A stretch of DNA of 64,000 bases, taken from a virus. Each line of letters opens with the position of its first letter. Position 1 is the stretch's first letter. A program made the position numbers and the translations under genes. Below the pieces are notes generated by a model. It was given only the letters and a program-made list of their open reading frames with translations. It was not told the DNA's origin and did no database searches. This document shows, in pieces, positions 11,585-22,331 of this stretch. The stretch lies in the IMG/VR virus record IMGVR_UViG_3300045988_112172; one strand, given 5' to 3'.

Positions 11585-11799
11585 CCGTAGAAGAATTAGC
11601 CAGTAAAAGATACGGTGGCGAATTTGTTTTCATGTTTGGTCATCTTGAAGGTAGAACAAGATTCGTTTTTGAATGCTTTGATCCCAGACCTGATCACGAA
11701 GGTAAAAACACTTACATGGTTTCCTATTTTGAAAAGGGACTTCATAGAAGAGATGTGGTAGATGTGCCGTGTTATATGAATGTTTTGCCAAAATCATGA
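11581..11799 (+). CDS. small hypothetical protein (72 aa)
   Basis: Protein-like composition and a start overlapping the upstream stop. Confidence 0.45.
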   Translation: MTVEELASKRYGGEFVFMFGHLEGRTRFVFECFDPRPDHEGKNTYMVSYFEKGLHRRDVVDVPCYMNVLPKS

Positions 11800-11999
11800 A
11801 AACACTACTTTTAAATGTACCTGTATTTTCCGGTAAGATTATTTCTCCTATATGGATTAAGGCTGTAAGAGATTTTCAATCCAGACCGAAGGAAGAAAGA
11901 GACTCGTATTGTTCGGTTTGTGGATGTACGGAAGGGTGTAACCTGTGCGATGATATAAGTAAATATAGGATTTATGAACAATTAAAATATTACAAATAA
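11769..11999 (+). CDS. small Cys-rich hypothetical protein (76 aa)
   Basis: ORF with a CSVCGCTEGCNLC cluster (possible zinc-binding). Confidence 0.4.
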   Translation: MLYECFAKIMKTLLLNVPVFSGKIISPIWIKAVRDFQSRPKEERDSYCSVCGCTEGCNLCDDISKYRIYEQLKYYK

Positions 12000-12065
12000 T
12001 GGAATTAAAAGATTTTAAAGATGTAATTAGAATGATGACAAAAGAAGAGTTCGAATCAACAATCA

Positions 12066-12773
12066 ATGAAGATATTAAATTCGTTGAAAGATTCAAGTAT
12101 TTTTTTTAAACATGATGATGCTACGAGGATATTGGAACACATCGAGTCCGTGTTAAAAGCATCAGTGGACTACTACTATCCTAATCATTCTAAACCTGAA
12201 GCAGAACCAGGAGACATGGGAGAAGTTTCTGACGGATACCATACTTTCAATGAATTGTATCGGTACCGTATGTTGTATAATGCCGCCTTCTTTAATTTAT
12301 TAGCCAGAAACGGACAGGTTGAAGTTTGCAAATCAAGGAGACACAGCGACGGAGAAAGATGCTTCGGTTCTGATGACTGGTTTATTGTGATGGCAATGTT
12401 ACCCACTGGTCAGGTGTCTAATCACTATGAAAGCAAATACTGGGATTTGTTTGATGTTCCAGAAAGAGAAACCGCTTTCGAATATGATGGCCATACACCA
12501 AATGAAGCCGCAGACAGACTTGAACAGTATCTTTTTCGAAAGAAATCGGGTTTAACATTTGAAGAAGCTTTTAAATTTTTGAAAAATGGTAATAATATCA
12601 AAAGGCATGGGTGGAAAAATGAACATCTTGATGCTTTTAGAAAAAGTGGTGTTAGCTCAATTCATGTGGAAAAGTCATTGATCATAATTATAAATGAAGA
12701 AACACGGAGGCTGACATCGTGGAATCCAAGTATAGAAGATATATCGTCGAATGACTGGGAGGTTGTGAAATGA
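12066..12773 (+). CDS. hypothetical protein (235 aa); N-terminus may extend to 12002 through a frameshift in a T8 run
   Basis: Good ORF. An upstream 36-codon ORF (12002-12109) ends inside a tttttttt tract where the 12066 frame continues. Confidence 0.55.
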   Translation: MKILNSLKDSSIFFKHDDATRILEHIESVLKASVDYYYPNHSKPEAEPGDMGEVSDGYHTFNELYRYRMLYNAAFFNLLARNGQVEVCKSRRHSDGERCFGSDDWFIVMAMLPTGQVSNHYESKYWDLFDVPERETAFEYDGHTPNEAADRLEQYLFRKKSGLTFEEAFKFLKNGNNIKRHGWKNEHLDAFRKSGVSSIHVEKSLIIIINEETRRLTSWNPSIEDISSNDWEVVK

Positions 12774-13045
12774 GTTTGTTTGTTTGTTCACGATGTGGCT
12801 GTATAGATAATACAGCCACATCGTGTTACTGGGCTCTTACAAGACCTTGTAAGAATCGTATTTACGATAAGTCGCTAAAGGGATATGAAGGTAAGCCTCT
12901 TTGTTCTGAATGTGCTGCTATTGAATATGATAAGGAAGACCAACTGGTGGTGGTTCCTGGAACGTGGCACGGTAAGTTCAAGAAAGAATGGCCTACTGAA
13001 GAAGAAAAGAAGCATATTGGTAAAAACGGTATTTTAAATTATTGA
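12770..13045 (+). CDS. zinc-ribbon protein (91 aa)
   Basis: CxxC ... CxxC pattern (CSRCGC ... CSEC); start overlaps the upstream stop. Confidence 0.5.
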   Translation: MSLFVCSRCGCIDNTATSCYWALTRPCKNRIYDKSLKGYEGKPLCSECAAIEYDKEDQLVVVPGTWHGKFKKEWPTEEEKKHIGKNGILNY

Positions 13046-13048
13046 TTT

Positions 13049-13354
13049 ATGTGTGATAAGGAAATCGTGATATGCGCGGCCATCTGGGTGCAGGACGGCA
13101 AGAAGCGTCCCCATCAGCCCACCAATATACCATCCGGCGCCGTGTTCTGTGGATTGAGACATTGTTCTATCATTTCTCAGTTTGCAGCTTATGGTATTGC
13201 TCATAAAAACCGCAGTGTTCAAGGATTTTTGACAAGCAAGAACCGGTTTTTAACAAGAGAGGATGCGTCTGAACTTGTTAAAAATAATAATCAGGAAATG
13301 GTAGTAGATAGGAGTGCCATTAGGGAACAATTGTATTCAGAAGATTTATATTAA
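13049..13354 (+). CDS. hypothetical protein (101 aa)
   Basis: ORF in the small-gene module, tightly spaced with its neighbours. Confidence 0.5.
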   Translation: MCDKEIVICAAIWVQDGKKRPHQPTNIPSGAVFCGLRHCSIISQFAAYGIAHKNRSVQGFLTSKNRFLTREDASELVKNNNQEMVVDRSAIREQLYSEDLY

Positions 13355-13375
13355 CAACTAAAAAAACAGAATAAT

Positions 13376-13726
13376 ATGGGATTTGTAATCAAAAAGTCAA
13401 TCACTTATAATATGATGGACGGCAATCAGTTAGAGTATGTATTTGACAACATTAATTTAGATCATATCACATTTAAAGGTAATGGTAAAGAATCTTTTTC
13501 ATTTAACAGAGCTCTTGTTGAAAATTTAATTGAGACATTTGATACTATGCAGGATATATACTCTGATAATTACGGGATTAAGGTTTATACCGGTAATTGC
13601 ATAATTCAACTGAATGTAAATCCAAAGAACTTAAGTGAATCCTTTTTTGACGTATATGATAGAGATGGGATGAAATTGATATATAGTATACAAAATAGTA
13701 TTTTGAAAGAAATGTTTATAATATGA
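13376..13726 (+). CDS. hypothetical protein (116 aa)
   Basis: ORF; its stop overlaps the next start. Confidence 0.5.
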   Translation: MGFVIKKSITYNMMDGNQLEYVFDNINLDHITFKGNGKESFSFNRALVENLIETFDTMQDIYSDNYGIKVYTGNCIIQLNVNPKNLSESFFDVYDRDGMKLIYSIQNSILKEMFII

Positions 13727-14043
13727 TTACCAAGCAGGACATACAAGCAGCAGCATCGTATATTTTCCAAAGTAGTTTTGTCTCGGAGGACCAGGCAAGG
13801 AAAGCGATGGTAAGAGCTGGCAATAACGCTACCAAGATCCTCATCAAGACCTTCAGAGGAAAGTTGTTCAAGAAAGCTTTTGGAAGAGCTCGTAGAGGAA
13901 AGGATATCAGTTCTTTTGAAAGACAGGAAAAAGAAAGTGGTTTCAATTTTCTTTACAATTCTAATAATGGTAGTATGCAAAGCGGTCATGTAAAAATAGA
14001 TGAAATTGGACTATTTAAACAAATAATAAAGTCGGGTACGTAA
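13723..14043 (+). CDS. basic hypothetical protein (106 aa)
   Basis: Lys/Arg-rich ORF (KAFGRARRGKD), possibly nucleic-acid binding. Confidence 0.45.
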   Translation: MITKQDIQAAASYIFQSSFVSEDQARKAMVRAGNNATKILIKTFRGKLFKKAFGRARRGKDISSFERQEKESGFNFLYNSNNGSMQSGHVKIDEIGLFKQIIKSGT

Positions 14044-14072
14044 GTTATCCGACTTTTTCATATATTTGTGGC

Positions 14073-14396
14073 ATGGCACGAGGTTATTATTGGATACCGC
14101 AGACAGATGAAACGTTAAATGGCATAAGCTATTACGTGACTAAGGTAGTAGGAGATATCACGTTTGATACTAAACGAAAAAGAATAGTGTTTCAAACTAC
14201 CAGGTATTTCCCAGTAGGATCCGTATTCCATTTTACTCACAACTGCTTTAAATACGTCATAACCTGCCGGCTCCGTAAGCCGGGGCTGTGGTATGAGGCA
14301 AGGAGGGAAGACTGCGGACCTATTGGACCGGATGATGTGGAAAGGTTCGAATCTGGAAGGTTTATTCATAAAAATGGGTACAAATATAATGCATAA
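14073..14396 (+). CDS. hypothetical protein (107 aa)
   Basis: ORF followed by a hairpin terminator. Confidence 0.5.
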   Translation: MARGYYWIPQTDETLNGISYYVTKVVGDITFDTKRKRIVFQTTRYFPVGSVFHFTHNCFKYVITCRLRKPGLWYEARREDCGPIGPDDVERFESGRFIHKNGYKYNA

Positions 14397-14447
14397 GCGT
14401 AACTTGACGATTTACGTCAGATTATAATTTTTTTTCATATTATTTTT

Positions 14448-14485
14448 AAGCCATCAGACTGAGAAGTTAGATGGCTTTATTTTTT
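14448..14485 (+). terminator. rho-independent terminator
   Basis: 8-bp stem aagccatc / gatggctt, followed by tatttttt. Confidence 0.55.
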
Positions 14486-14489
14486 ATGA

Positions 14490-15750
14490 TTATTTAACCA
14501 ATAAACCCACCATGCTTTAGAAGGTGGATGAATTGGTTTGATTAATTTTGAATCAAAATTACAGATAAAAAAAATGATTTCATACAAATACAACATCTAT
14601 CATTCCAAGAAAACGAAGTATCTTGACAAGATACTTCGCGAATGTTGTTTTGTATGGAATCATGCGTTATCTCTACAACGTAGGTATTACAAACTGTTTG
14701 GAAAATATATATCAATTGGTAAGATGAAGAAGCATTTTGCCAAAAGAATTAAAAGAAACTTGCTTCATTCTCAAACAACACAAGAGATACTTGAACGACT
14801 GGATGAATCTTACAATCGTTTCTTTAAAAGAAAATCAAAGAGACCTCCTAAGTTTAAAGGATCTGATTGCTTCAGCTCCTTTGTTTTTAAACAAGGAGGT
14901 TTTACTATAAATGGCAATATTCTCACAATAAACAAAGTAAAGAAACGTTTTAAGTTTTCATACAGTAGAGTCTATGAAGGTAATGTCAAACAAATTAGAA
15001 TAGTTAGAAAAACTTGCCATCGATATAGTTTGATTATAATTACAGATCATAATCATTCAAACTCTTATAGAAAGACACATAATGGTGCATCTATCGGATT
15101 GGATTTTGGGCTGAAAACTTATCTAACTAAAAGCGATGGTAGCAAAATCGATTCTCCATTATTCTTCAAAAAAATATCAAAACAAGATTAGAAAACTAAA
15201 CAAACGGCTTTCTAATGCAAAGAAAGGATCCAACAATAGAAGAAGGAGACTGTTTGAACTACAACAAACGTATCGTAAAATAAACGATCTTCGATCAGAT
15301 TTTCAATGGGGATTAGCACACCAGTTATGCAAACAGTATGATTATATTTTTATTGAAGATCTAAACATTGAAGGAATGAAACGTTTGTGGGGAAAGAAGG
15401 TTTCTGATCTTAGTCATTCTTCTTTTATTGATAAACTTACGTATGTTGCCTCAAAGTATGGAGTAACTGTACATAAGATTGACAAATGGTATCCTTCTTC
15501 CAAAACTTGTGAATGTGGCTGCATTAATAAAGGGCTGTCGTTACGCGACCGCACGTGGGTGTGCCCCTCGTGCGGCGCAATCAACGACCGTGATGTTCTT
15601 GCAGCCCGTAATATATTTCGGAAGGGCATTTCCGAATTGGAGAGTATGGGTAATTCCGATGGTAGTAATACCGAGGTTCCATACGTTTGTATCCAAGAAT
15701 CCCATAGCCTTTAGGCGTGGGAGTATGTCAAGATATGCTTGATTTTTAAC
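14490..15750 (+). mobile_element. IS200/IS605-family tnpB-only insertion element, copy 2, a different subfamily from copy 1
   Basis: TnpB ORF with a conserved 3' end and right-end region that recurs as a solo copy at 59.4 kb. It sits immediately upstream of the second giant gene. Boundaries are approximate. Confidence 0.65.
14538..15714 (+). pseudogene. tnpB: tnpB (IS605 OrfB family, with RuvC-II IFIEDLN and CxxC...CxxC zinc finger), frame-shifted in an A7 run near 15165-15171
   Basis: Part one ends in RuvC-I (IGLDFGLKTY). Part two carries the basic linker, IFIEDLN, CECGC...CPSCG and a RuvC-III NDRDVLAARNI motif. The two frames overlap at ttcaaaaaaatatc. Confidence 0.75.
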
Positions 15751-15781
15751 TACCTTTGTCTTATAACAAAAATGTTTTACT

Positions 15782-18700
15782 ATGACATCAACGTGTATTA
15801 TTAAAAGAGATAATAAAAAGAAAGTTGTTTCTGTCTCTACCAGATCAGGGGACAGGTCTATGTTGTTTGATAAAATAGCATCTATTCCTCTTATGGAGAA
15901 TAGGGAACGGGCTACTACTGTTTTTAAAACCGTATTTTCTAATAAGTTCTTAAAGGCTTTTGGTGACTGGAGAAGGAATGTACCTGTTAATAAACAGGCT
16001 TATAATAAGGTAAAATCCAACATCGGCCTTATTCCGGAATCCTATAGAGAAAGGGTGCTGGATAAGGCGTCTAAGATGAGTAACCCTGTTCTTGTGTCAA
16101 AATCAGATGCACCTTATGAAATCCAAGAATCGGGCTTTGGATTCTACAGCCAAGATCTGGGTGATAATATTATGTTGGTGGATGCTATGGTTCCGTCAAG
16201 CATTTCCGTGCTGGAAGGACCTGGAATAGACGCCGGTCAGTATCTACAAGATGCTATATCTTCGGACTTCACTCCCGTATCTATGGTACAGGATAAGGAT
16301 GCTAATTATATGGTTATAAAAGACGGTCTTAAGATATTTAGCCCAGAAGAGCTACCGGAGGCAGATCCTAATCCTGTGGGTGTAACGTATCAGACCGGAG
16401 AGCCTCGTTTGTTTTTTATGAACGATCGTAGTCAATTATTTGAAGATTACGGAGAAGCTCTTCGTTCTGGTGGGAATGATATTAGAATAGGATTCTTATC
16501 CGGCACCGTTCAAGAATCTACCGTGGATGGCGTGGCAGACATTACATACAAGGCTGGAAAGTATGTTCTTAATAATCCCAAGTCTTTTATACCGGTCATG
16601 ACCGCGTCTGCTTCTACTTCTTTATCAACAAAAGGTGGTATAATTAACTACCTTATAAAGAAAGGTCTTTTGTCCGGATCTAAGATATTAGATCCTGAAA
16701 CAAGAAGCTATTATCTTACAGGAGAAGGACATACAGGACAAATTAGACTTTTCAATTCATCCTTATCCTACACCGAGCTCCGTAATCATTTTGGTTCCGA
16801 TGTTTCCATGAACGACCAAGGTATGATAACCATAAGCTCGTTGGATAATAGTAAGGTAACTATGAGGCTCGCCACCGGAGGAACGGAAAGGGTTAGCAAA
16901 GAGCAGATAAAGAACGATCTTAAGTCAGGAAGATACAATGAATTGGATGCTAAGTACGATCATTTTGATGCGCTTGTAGTTTCATTCATATTAGAAGACA
17001 ACGATCTTTATGCTGATACTAAAGCTAAGATCGTATCGGATTATAGCAGGCAGGAACGTGACCAACGAAATTCTATTGTCGAGATACTGAAAACGCTTGG
17101 CGTTAGTGTCATAGGTATGACCGATTATATAGAGAAGTACCAAACCAAATACGGGCATGAACCTTCTGCTAAGGCATTGGCGGATATTGCCAATAACGTA
17201 ATAGCAGTTGGTGAAGATGCTACTTTATCTGATTTAGTAGAAGAAACATCCCACTTCCTTGTAGAGGCATACAGAGATCAGAATGCTGTTGAGGCTGTTC
17301 TGCAAGATGTAGAAGGTACGGAAGAGTGGAACCAGTATGCAGGTCAGTATTATAATACATACGGTAAGGTATATGAAGGATCTGAGCTTGATAATGCCGT
17401 TAGGAGAGAAATTCTTGGAAAGATCCTCGCCAGGGAGATGCAGACCGGCACAGCACAGGCGCCGGTAGAGCCCACCTCCTTCCTGGGGCGCGTCCGGCAG
17501 CTTCTCTCTGGAATCGTAAGCTGGCTTAAATCAGCTTTATCAACCCAAAGACAAGATTTGAATAACGTTATTAAAAGCATTCGTGATCTTGCCATTACTG
17601 ACATAGATAAAGGATTTGACACTTCTCTGTTAAAGGATAATGACTTTACATTATACTCCCTTTCTTCTATGAACAAGAACAAGTTTCTTGAGTCTAAGAT
17701 CAGATCGCTAAGAAAAACATTAAGAGACTTACGTCAGATAAGCTCTGATAGGGCTGTAACTACGTCTATGACCCTTGCTCAGCTTAAGACCATAGAAGAT
17801 AAGATAAATAAAGTAGAGACCGAGATAGACAAGAATGAGATGGCGGCTGCCATGAACAGCATGATCTCCACAGCCGAAGCTCAGGTCAGATACTTAAGTA
17901 ATGTGGTGAACACCATCCTTCATGGTGATACCAAAGACGGTAAGCTTCATTTCAATACCAATGATCGAAAGAATGTAGATATTATCAACAATCAGGTTCT
18001 TCCGATCATGAACGATCTCCGAGGATATATCCGTAACAGAAGTACCGAATTTGATGAACGTGAAAAGCAGGATTATACAAATAGGATCAATACCGTCATT
18101 GCCGACATCAATGGTATTCAGTCTGATATTAAATCAGTACAAGACCTTGATGAAAGTACGTTGCTTGATAAGTTAATGAACGAACTTCATGTGCCGGCAG
18201 ATAAGGTAAAGAGAGTAAAAGAATTTTTCGACAAGGTTCAACACGATGTTTCTTGGATAAGTAGGTGGTTTGGTATATTAGAGCATTCTTCCAGTCCGTT
18301 CAATAACGCTCTTGGAGCTATGATTGCCAAAGACAATTACAATGCGATGGTGAATGCCCAGCCCGCCATATCCGACTTCCTGGCATATGCTAAAAAGCAT
18401 GGTTTTAACAAATCTGAATTTGAAAAACTGCTTCAGAAAGTAGACGGCAAAACTTCTAATTACCTTCGTAGTGCTCTTGATATGGCTAAATACGATCGTA
18501 ATAAGAAGCTGGCGCAGATGCGAGCGTTTGCGACTGCCATGAACATAGAGATATCAGAAGAAGAAATTGGTGATGTGGTTGACAATAACCGTAATTACGT
18601 ATTTAAAAGAGAAGTAGTTGACAAGGATGGAAATACGGTTACTGAAAACGCTAAATTCAAACCATCGTCTGATAGAGTTAATACCGATATTTTTACCATC

Positions 18701-21700
18701 GAGCAGGAAAAGATCTATACGGAGCAGATGGAAAAGTGGGATGCTGAAAATTCAGAATTGGAATTTAGTGAAAGTTATGCCACAAGAATGGAATCCATAT
18801 ACAAAAAGGCTGAAGAAGAATTAGGACATCCGGTTTCTCAAACAACCAAAGAATACCTTAATGCCTTATCCCGGCAAAAACGGATATTGAGGCAGCCTTT
18901 TATTGATAGCGGTGGTAATTTTGATGAGGTTGCCTACTATAAGAGTAGTAACTACGAAGAAGAAGGACTGCTTCGTAAACAACGTAAGGAGGCAGCTTCG
19001 GAATACATATATGTAGGAACCAGGAGAGTGGAAAAAACCGGCGACCAACTTAAGATGGCCAAAGAAATACAAGCCATAAATGAAGTTTGGAGAAAAGAAT
19101 CAAATAATGCCACTAATGCCGTATCAGAATCGTTTTTGCAAAAATTAAGAACGATTCAGAGCGAGTCTGGAGGAGAAGCTGCGCTGAAGACGCTTATGTT
19201 GGGGGGTCACCTGTCATTCAACGATCGGTTTTGGAATGACGTAGAATCGGAACAGTCGGCGCGTACCGAATCAAATAACAAGGCTTCGTATCTTAAAATG
19301 GCGCATGATATCATTAGTTCTACGACAAGTGATAGAGATGCGACTGACGTGGACTCGATTGTAAAAGATATAGAAAAAAATAAGGCCATTATCAAGGAAA
19401 TAATCGGAAACAATCGCGATGTGGCTGATATCGGAGAAATCAATGAAGCGACATTTACCTCATCTGAAAGAGATGCTTTTAGGGCCGCATCTGAAGCTAT
19501 TGAAGCCGATTACGCTATTTTGATAGATTATGCTAAGATGGTGGGTCTTGAAGATATTGATAAGTACCTTACTAAAAGCAGTAAGGCTGAAAACGAAGTA
19601 AATCAGTCTTATTTAAATGCTCTTGCTGACTCTAAGGAAATTGAATGGCAGTTTGCACAGCGTCATACTACTGCCAAAAAAGCCAAAAGGATTCAGGCTC
19701 TTAGAGATAAGTTATTCATGGCTCAAGATAACAGGTATATGTTTACCGTCTCTGAAACCAACTACTTGTCAGAAAAATTGGGAATAGATAAAAAGCTAGA
19801 TCGTAGAGATTTTAGGAATGCGGTTAGAGCCAAGATGTCTGACATATTTGGACACGATAACGGAGTAGCTGAAGTGAACGATATCGTTAATGAATTTGCC
19901 AGGAGCCAGGTCTTTTCGTACTATAAACGCATGGCGCCTACCGGATATGCGGCTATGATCGACAAAATCGGTCGAGGTGAGATAGATGTGGCGCAGATGG
20001 TTAAGGACGTACAAAACGGTACATCCACCCAAGATTATGGCATGGACATATCGTACCTGTCTTTCGATCCTGCAAGGGCATGGGTGGCTGAATCTGAAGC
20101 CGAAAATAGCGGCCGTAATCCTGATTATGTAAAAGATCATGGGTATGGTCATCGCATGCCTAAGAAAAGCCTGTATCGTGATGAATCGTATTTCAATGAC
20201 TTTGGTATCAAGTATGATGCTGACGGTAATGAAGTTGCTACTAAAAACGTAGAGCAGTGGAATATGATTCAAAAACTCAAGGAAATAAAAAGACAATCCC
20301 TTGATCTATACAAAGAGCAGAGTCCCAATTTGTATGCTATTCCACAGATATCAAAACAAGACATAGAACGTATGGAAGGATTGGGTATTAACTTCAAAAA
20401 TACGGTTCGTAATTTCGTATCAGATCTGTGCCTGGACAGAGTAGACGATTCTCTATATGGTAAGACCAGGCAAGGGGAAGTATATGATCCGGAAGACAGA
20501 CTTAGGTCTATACCTAAATACTACATATATGAGTTGGAGAACCAAGATGATGTATCTCACGATTTTGGCTACTCTTATTCGATGCTTATGATGCAGTCAT
20601 CGTTATACAACGAAAAGCAGAAATCTATAGAGCTTGCCCAAGGACTGGAGCAGATGTTGCTGAATAAGCAATTTGAAGGCGGTAAGAAAGCTGAAGCGAC
20701 TCAAGCATATCAGATGTTTAGAGACTTCTTTAACGATCATTATTATGGCATTAGGATGAACACCAAAAAACTGACGGTAAACATCGGTGGATACACAGTA
20801 GACCTTACCAGGATAATGATGGCCGTTGAAAGATTTATGTCGGTCATGAACTTGGCACTGTCTCCGTTTGTGGCAGCTACCGGCGCCCTTACCGGCCATA
20901 TCAACCTCATCATGGAATCAGCCGTAGGACAGTATATAAGCAAAGACTCCCTTAAATACGCATCGGCTGAGTTTTCACGCCTTGCGCCATCTTGTATAGC
21001 AGAAACCGGAGACATAGATAGGAAAAGCAAATTATATGTCATAGGTGAGAGAATGGGTATTTTCAACATACGAAACAGAATGTATGGTGCCGGATACAAT
21101 AGAGTGGCCAGGACCTTAATGCGTTCGCCTATGTATGCTTTTATGGAAATCCTGAACTACCCTCTTGATCCGCAGGTTATGATTGCTACTATGGACAATG
21201 TTCGTTATTACAAAGGCCGGTTCTACACGTTCCAAGATTTCAAGATGGAAAAAGAACGTAATAAAGAACAGAGTACCATAAAAAGAGAATGGAATGCATT
21301 AAAAGATCGTACTTTATGGAGTATGGTAGACGTCGTGGATGGGAAGGTGGTTGTAAAGCCAGGATCGGGTGTTACTGCCGAGGAAGTTGAAACCCAGATG
21401 GCTATAACCAGAAATCAAGTTCGTAGCTTGTCGCAGATATGTAACGGATCTTTGAATGAAGAAAACCGAACTGCCGCATCGCGCAACTGGATAGCCAGGT
21501 TCATGACCGCCCACCGAGGATGGTTGGTGCTGGCGGCTCAACGTCTGTGGAAAAGGCGTGGCTTCAATTTCCAAACAATGCAAGAAGAGGAGGGACTGTC
21601 AATTACGTTAAAGAATATGATAGCCAAAACATTTAGCTTAGCTTCCGAGTCTGGTATGAAAAACATCATAGATGCCTGGAACGAAAATAAAGACAATATG

Positions 21701-22195
21701 AATGAGGTAGAGAAAACCAATCTAAAACGTCTCAGTGTCTATGCCGGCACGTTCCTTATTATGCAAGCCGTATCTATGCTTCTTGCCGGGTGGCGTGATG
21801 ATGATGAAAACGAGGAAAGTTGGCTTACTCAATTCGGATCCTACGTCGGATTCAGAACCATAAACGAAATAGCTTCACAGATGCCATTTATTATGGAGCT
21901 TAACGTGGTTGATATCATTAACGACCCATTTGTTATGGGACGGAAACTTAAGGATCTTACCGATCTTAGGAATTATTCACTTGATAAAGTAACATCTGGT
22001 ACATACAAGGGAGAGTCTAAGTTATTTAGGCAGCTCGCCAAACAGACGTTTATCAAACAATGGTATAACATCAAGACACCAGAAGACGTGGCACGCGCCT
22101 ATAATTGGTGGCAGCAGACGAACAATAAGTCAATGATGTTCTTTATCGGCGCCACTCCTGATTCGGAAGGAGATGATGATGTTAGCTACAAATAG
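15782..22195 (+). CDS. giant virion-associated or ejected protein (2137 aa), function unknown
   Basis: Uninterrupted 6.4-kb ORF, largely helical or coiled-coil composition, with hydrophobic segments near the C-terminus. It is the second giant protein of the block. Confidence 0.85.
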   Translation: MTSTCIIKRDNKKKVVSVSTRSGDRSMLFDKIASIPLMENRERATTVFKTVFSNKFLKAFGDWRRNVPVNKQAYNKVKSNIGLIPESYRERVLDKASKMSNPVLVSKSDAPYEIQESGFGFYSQDLGDNIMLVDAMVPSSISVLEGPGIDAGQYLQDAISSDFTPVSMVQDKDANYMVIKDGLKIFSPEELPEADPNPVGVTYQTGEPRLFFMNDRSQLFEDYGEALRSGGNDIRIGFLSGTVQESTVDGVADITYKAGKYVLNNPKSFIPVMTASASTSLSTKGGIINYLIKKGLLSGSKILDPETRSYYLTGEGHTGQIRLFNSSLSYTELRNHFGSDVSMNDQGMITISSLDNSKVTMRLATGGTERVSKEQIKNDLKSGRYNELDAKYDHFDALVVSFILEDNDLYADTKAKIVSDYSRQERDQRNSIVEILKTLGVSVIGMTDYIEKYQTKYGHEPSAKALADIANNVIAVGEDATLSDLVEETSHFLVEAYRDQNAVEAVLQDVEGTEEWNQYAGQYYNTYGKVYEGSELDNAVRREILGKILAREMQTGTAQAPVEPTSFLGRVRQLLSGIVSWLKSALSTQRQDLNNVIKSIRDLAITDIDKGFDTSLLKDNDFTLYSLSSMNKNKFLESKIRSLRKTLRDLRQISSDRAVTTSMTLAQLKTIEDKINKVETEIDKNEMAAAMNSMISTAEAQVRYLSNVVNTILHGDTKDGKLHFNTNDRKNVDIINNQVLPIMNDLRGYIRNRSTEFDEREKQDYTNRINTVIADINGIQSDIKSVQDLDESTLLDKLMNELHVPADKVKRVKEFFDKVQHDVSWISRWFGILEHSSSPFNNALGAMIAKDNYNAMVNAQPAISDFLAYAKKHGFNKSEFEKLLQKVDGKTSNYLRSALDMAKYDRNKKLAQMRAFATAMNIEISEEEIGDVVDNNRNYVFKREVVDKDGNTVTENAKFKPSSDRVNTDIFTIEQEKIYTEQMEKWDAENSELEFSESYATRMESIYKKAEEELGHPVSQTTKEYLNALSRQKRILRQPFIDSGGNFDEVAYYKSSNYEEEGLLRKQRKEAASEYIYVGTRRVEKTGDQLKMAKEIQAINEVWRKESNNATNAVSESFLQKLRTIQSESGGEAALKTLMLGGHLSFNDRFWNDVESEQSARTESNNKASYLKMAHDIISSTTSDRDATDVDSIVKDIEKNKAIIKEIIGNNRDVADIGEINEATFTSSERDAFRAASEAIEADYAILIDYAKMVGLEDIDKYLTKSSKAENEVNQSYLNALADSKEIEWQFAQRHTTAKKAKRIQALRDKLFMAQDNRYMFTVSETNYLSEKLGIDKKLDRRDFRNAVRAKMSDIFGHDNGVAEVNDIVNEFARSQVFSYYKRMAPTGYAAMIDKIGRGEIDVAQMVKDVQNGTSTQDYGMDISYLSFDPARAWVAESEAENSGRNPDYVKDHGYGHRMPKKSLYRDESYFNDFGIKYDADGNEVATKNVEQWNMIQKLKEIKRQSLDLYKEQSPNLYAIPQISKQDIERMEGLGINFKNTVRNFVSDLCLDRVDDSLYGKTRQGEVYDPEDRLRSIPKYYIYELENQDDVSHDFGYSYSMLMMQSSLYNEKQKSIELAQGLEQMLLNKQFEGGKKAEATQAYQMFRDFFNDHYYGIRMNTKKLTVNIGGYTVDLTRIMMAVERFMSVMNLALSPFVAATGALTGHINLIMESAVGQYISKDSLKYASAEFSRLAPSCIAETGDIDRKSKLYVIGERMGIFNIRNRMYGAGYNRVARTLMRSPMYAFMEILNYPLDPQVMIATMDNVRYYKGRFYTFQDFKMEKERNKEQSTIKREWNALKDRTLWSMVDVVDGKVVVKPGSGVTAEEVETQMAITRNQVRSLSQICNGSLNEENRTAASRNWIARFMTAHRGWLVLAAQRLWKRRGFNFQTMQEEEGLSITLKNMIAKTFSLASESGMKNIIDAWNENKDNMNEVEKTNLKRLSVYAGTFLIMQAVSMLLAGWRDDDENEESWLTQFGSYVGFRTINEIASQMPFIMELNVVDIINDPFVMGRKLKDLTDLRNYSLDKVTSGTYKGESKLFRQLAKQTFIKQWYNIKTPEDVARAYNWWQQTNNKSMMFFIGATPDSEGDDDVSYK

Positions 22196-22331
22196 ACGAA
22201 GAATATTGGGCTTGCATTGTTTTGATATGACCCCAATATACTATCTTAGCATTGTCAAAGAGTAGATTGTACGTTTTTTGTTCTTACTTGAAAGATTATG
22301 TAGGTTTAATTTTTTCTGAAATTGTTTTCTT

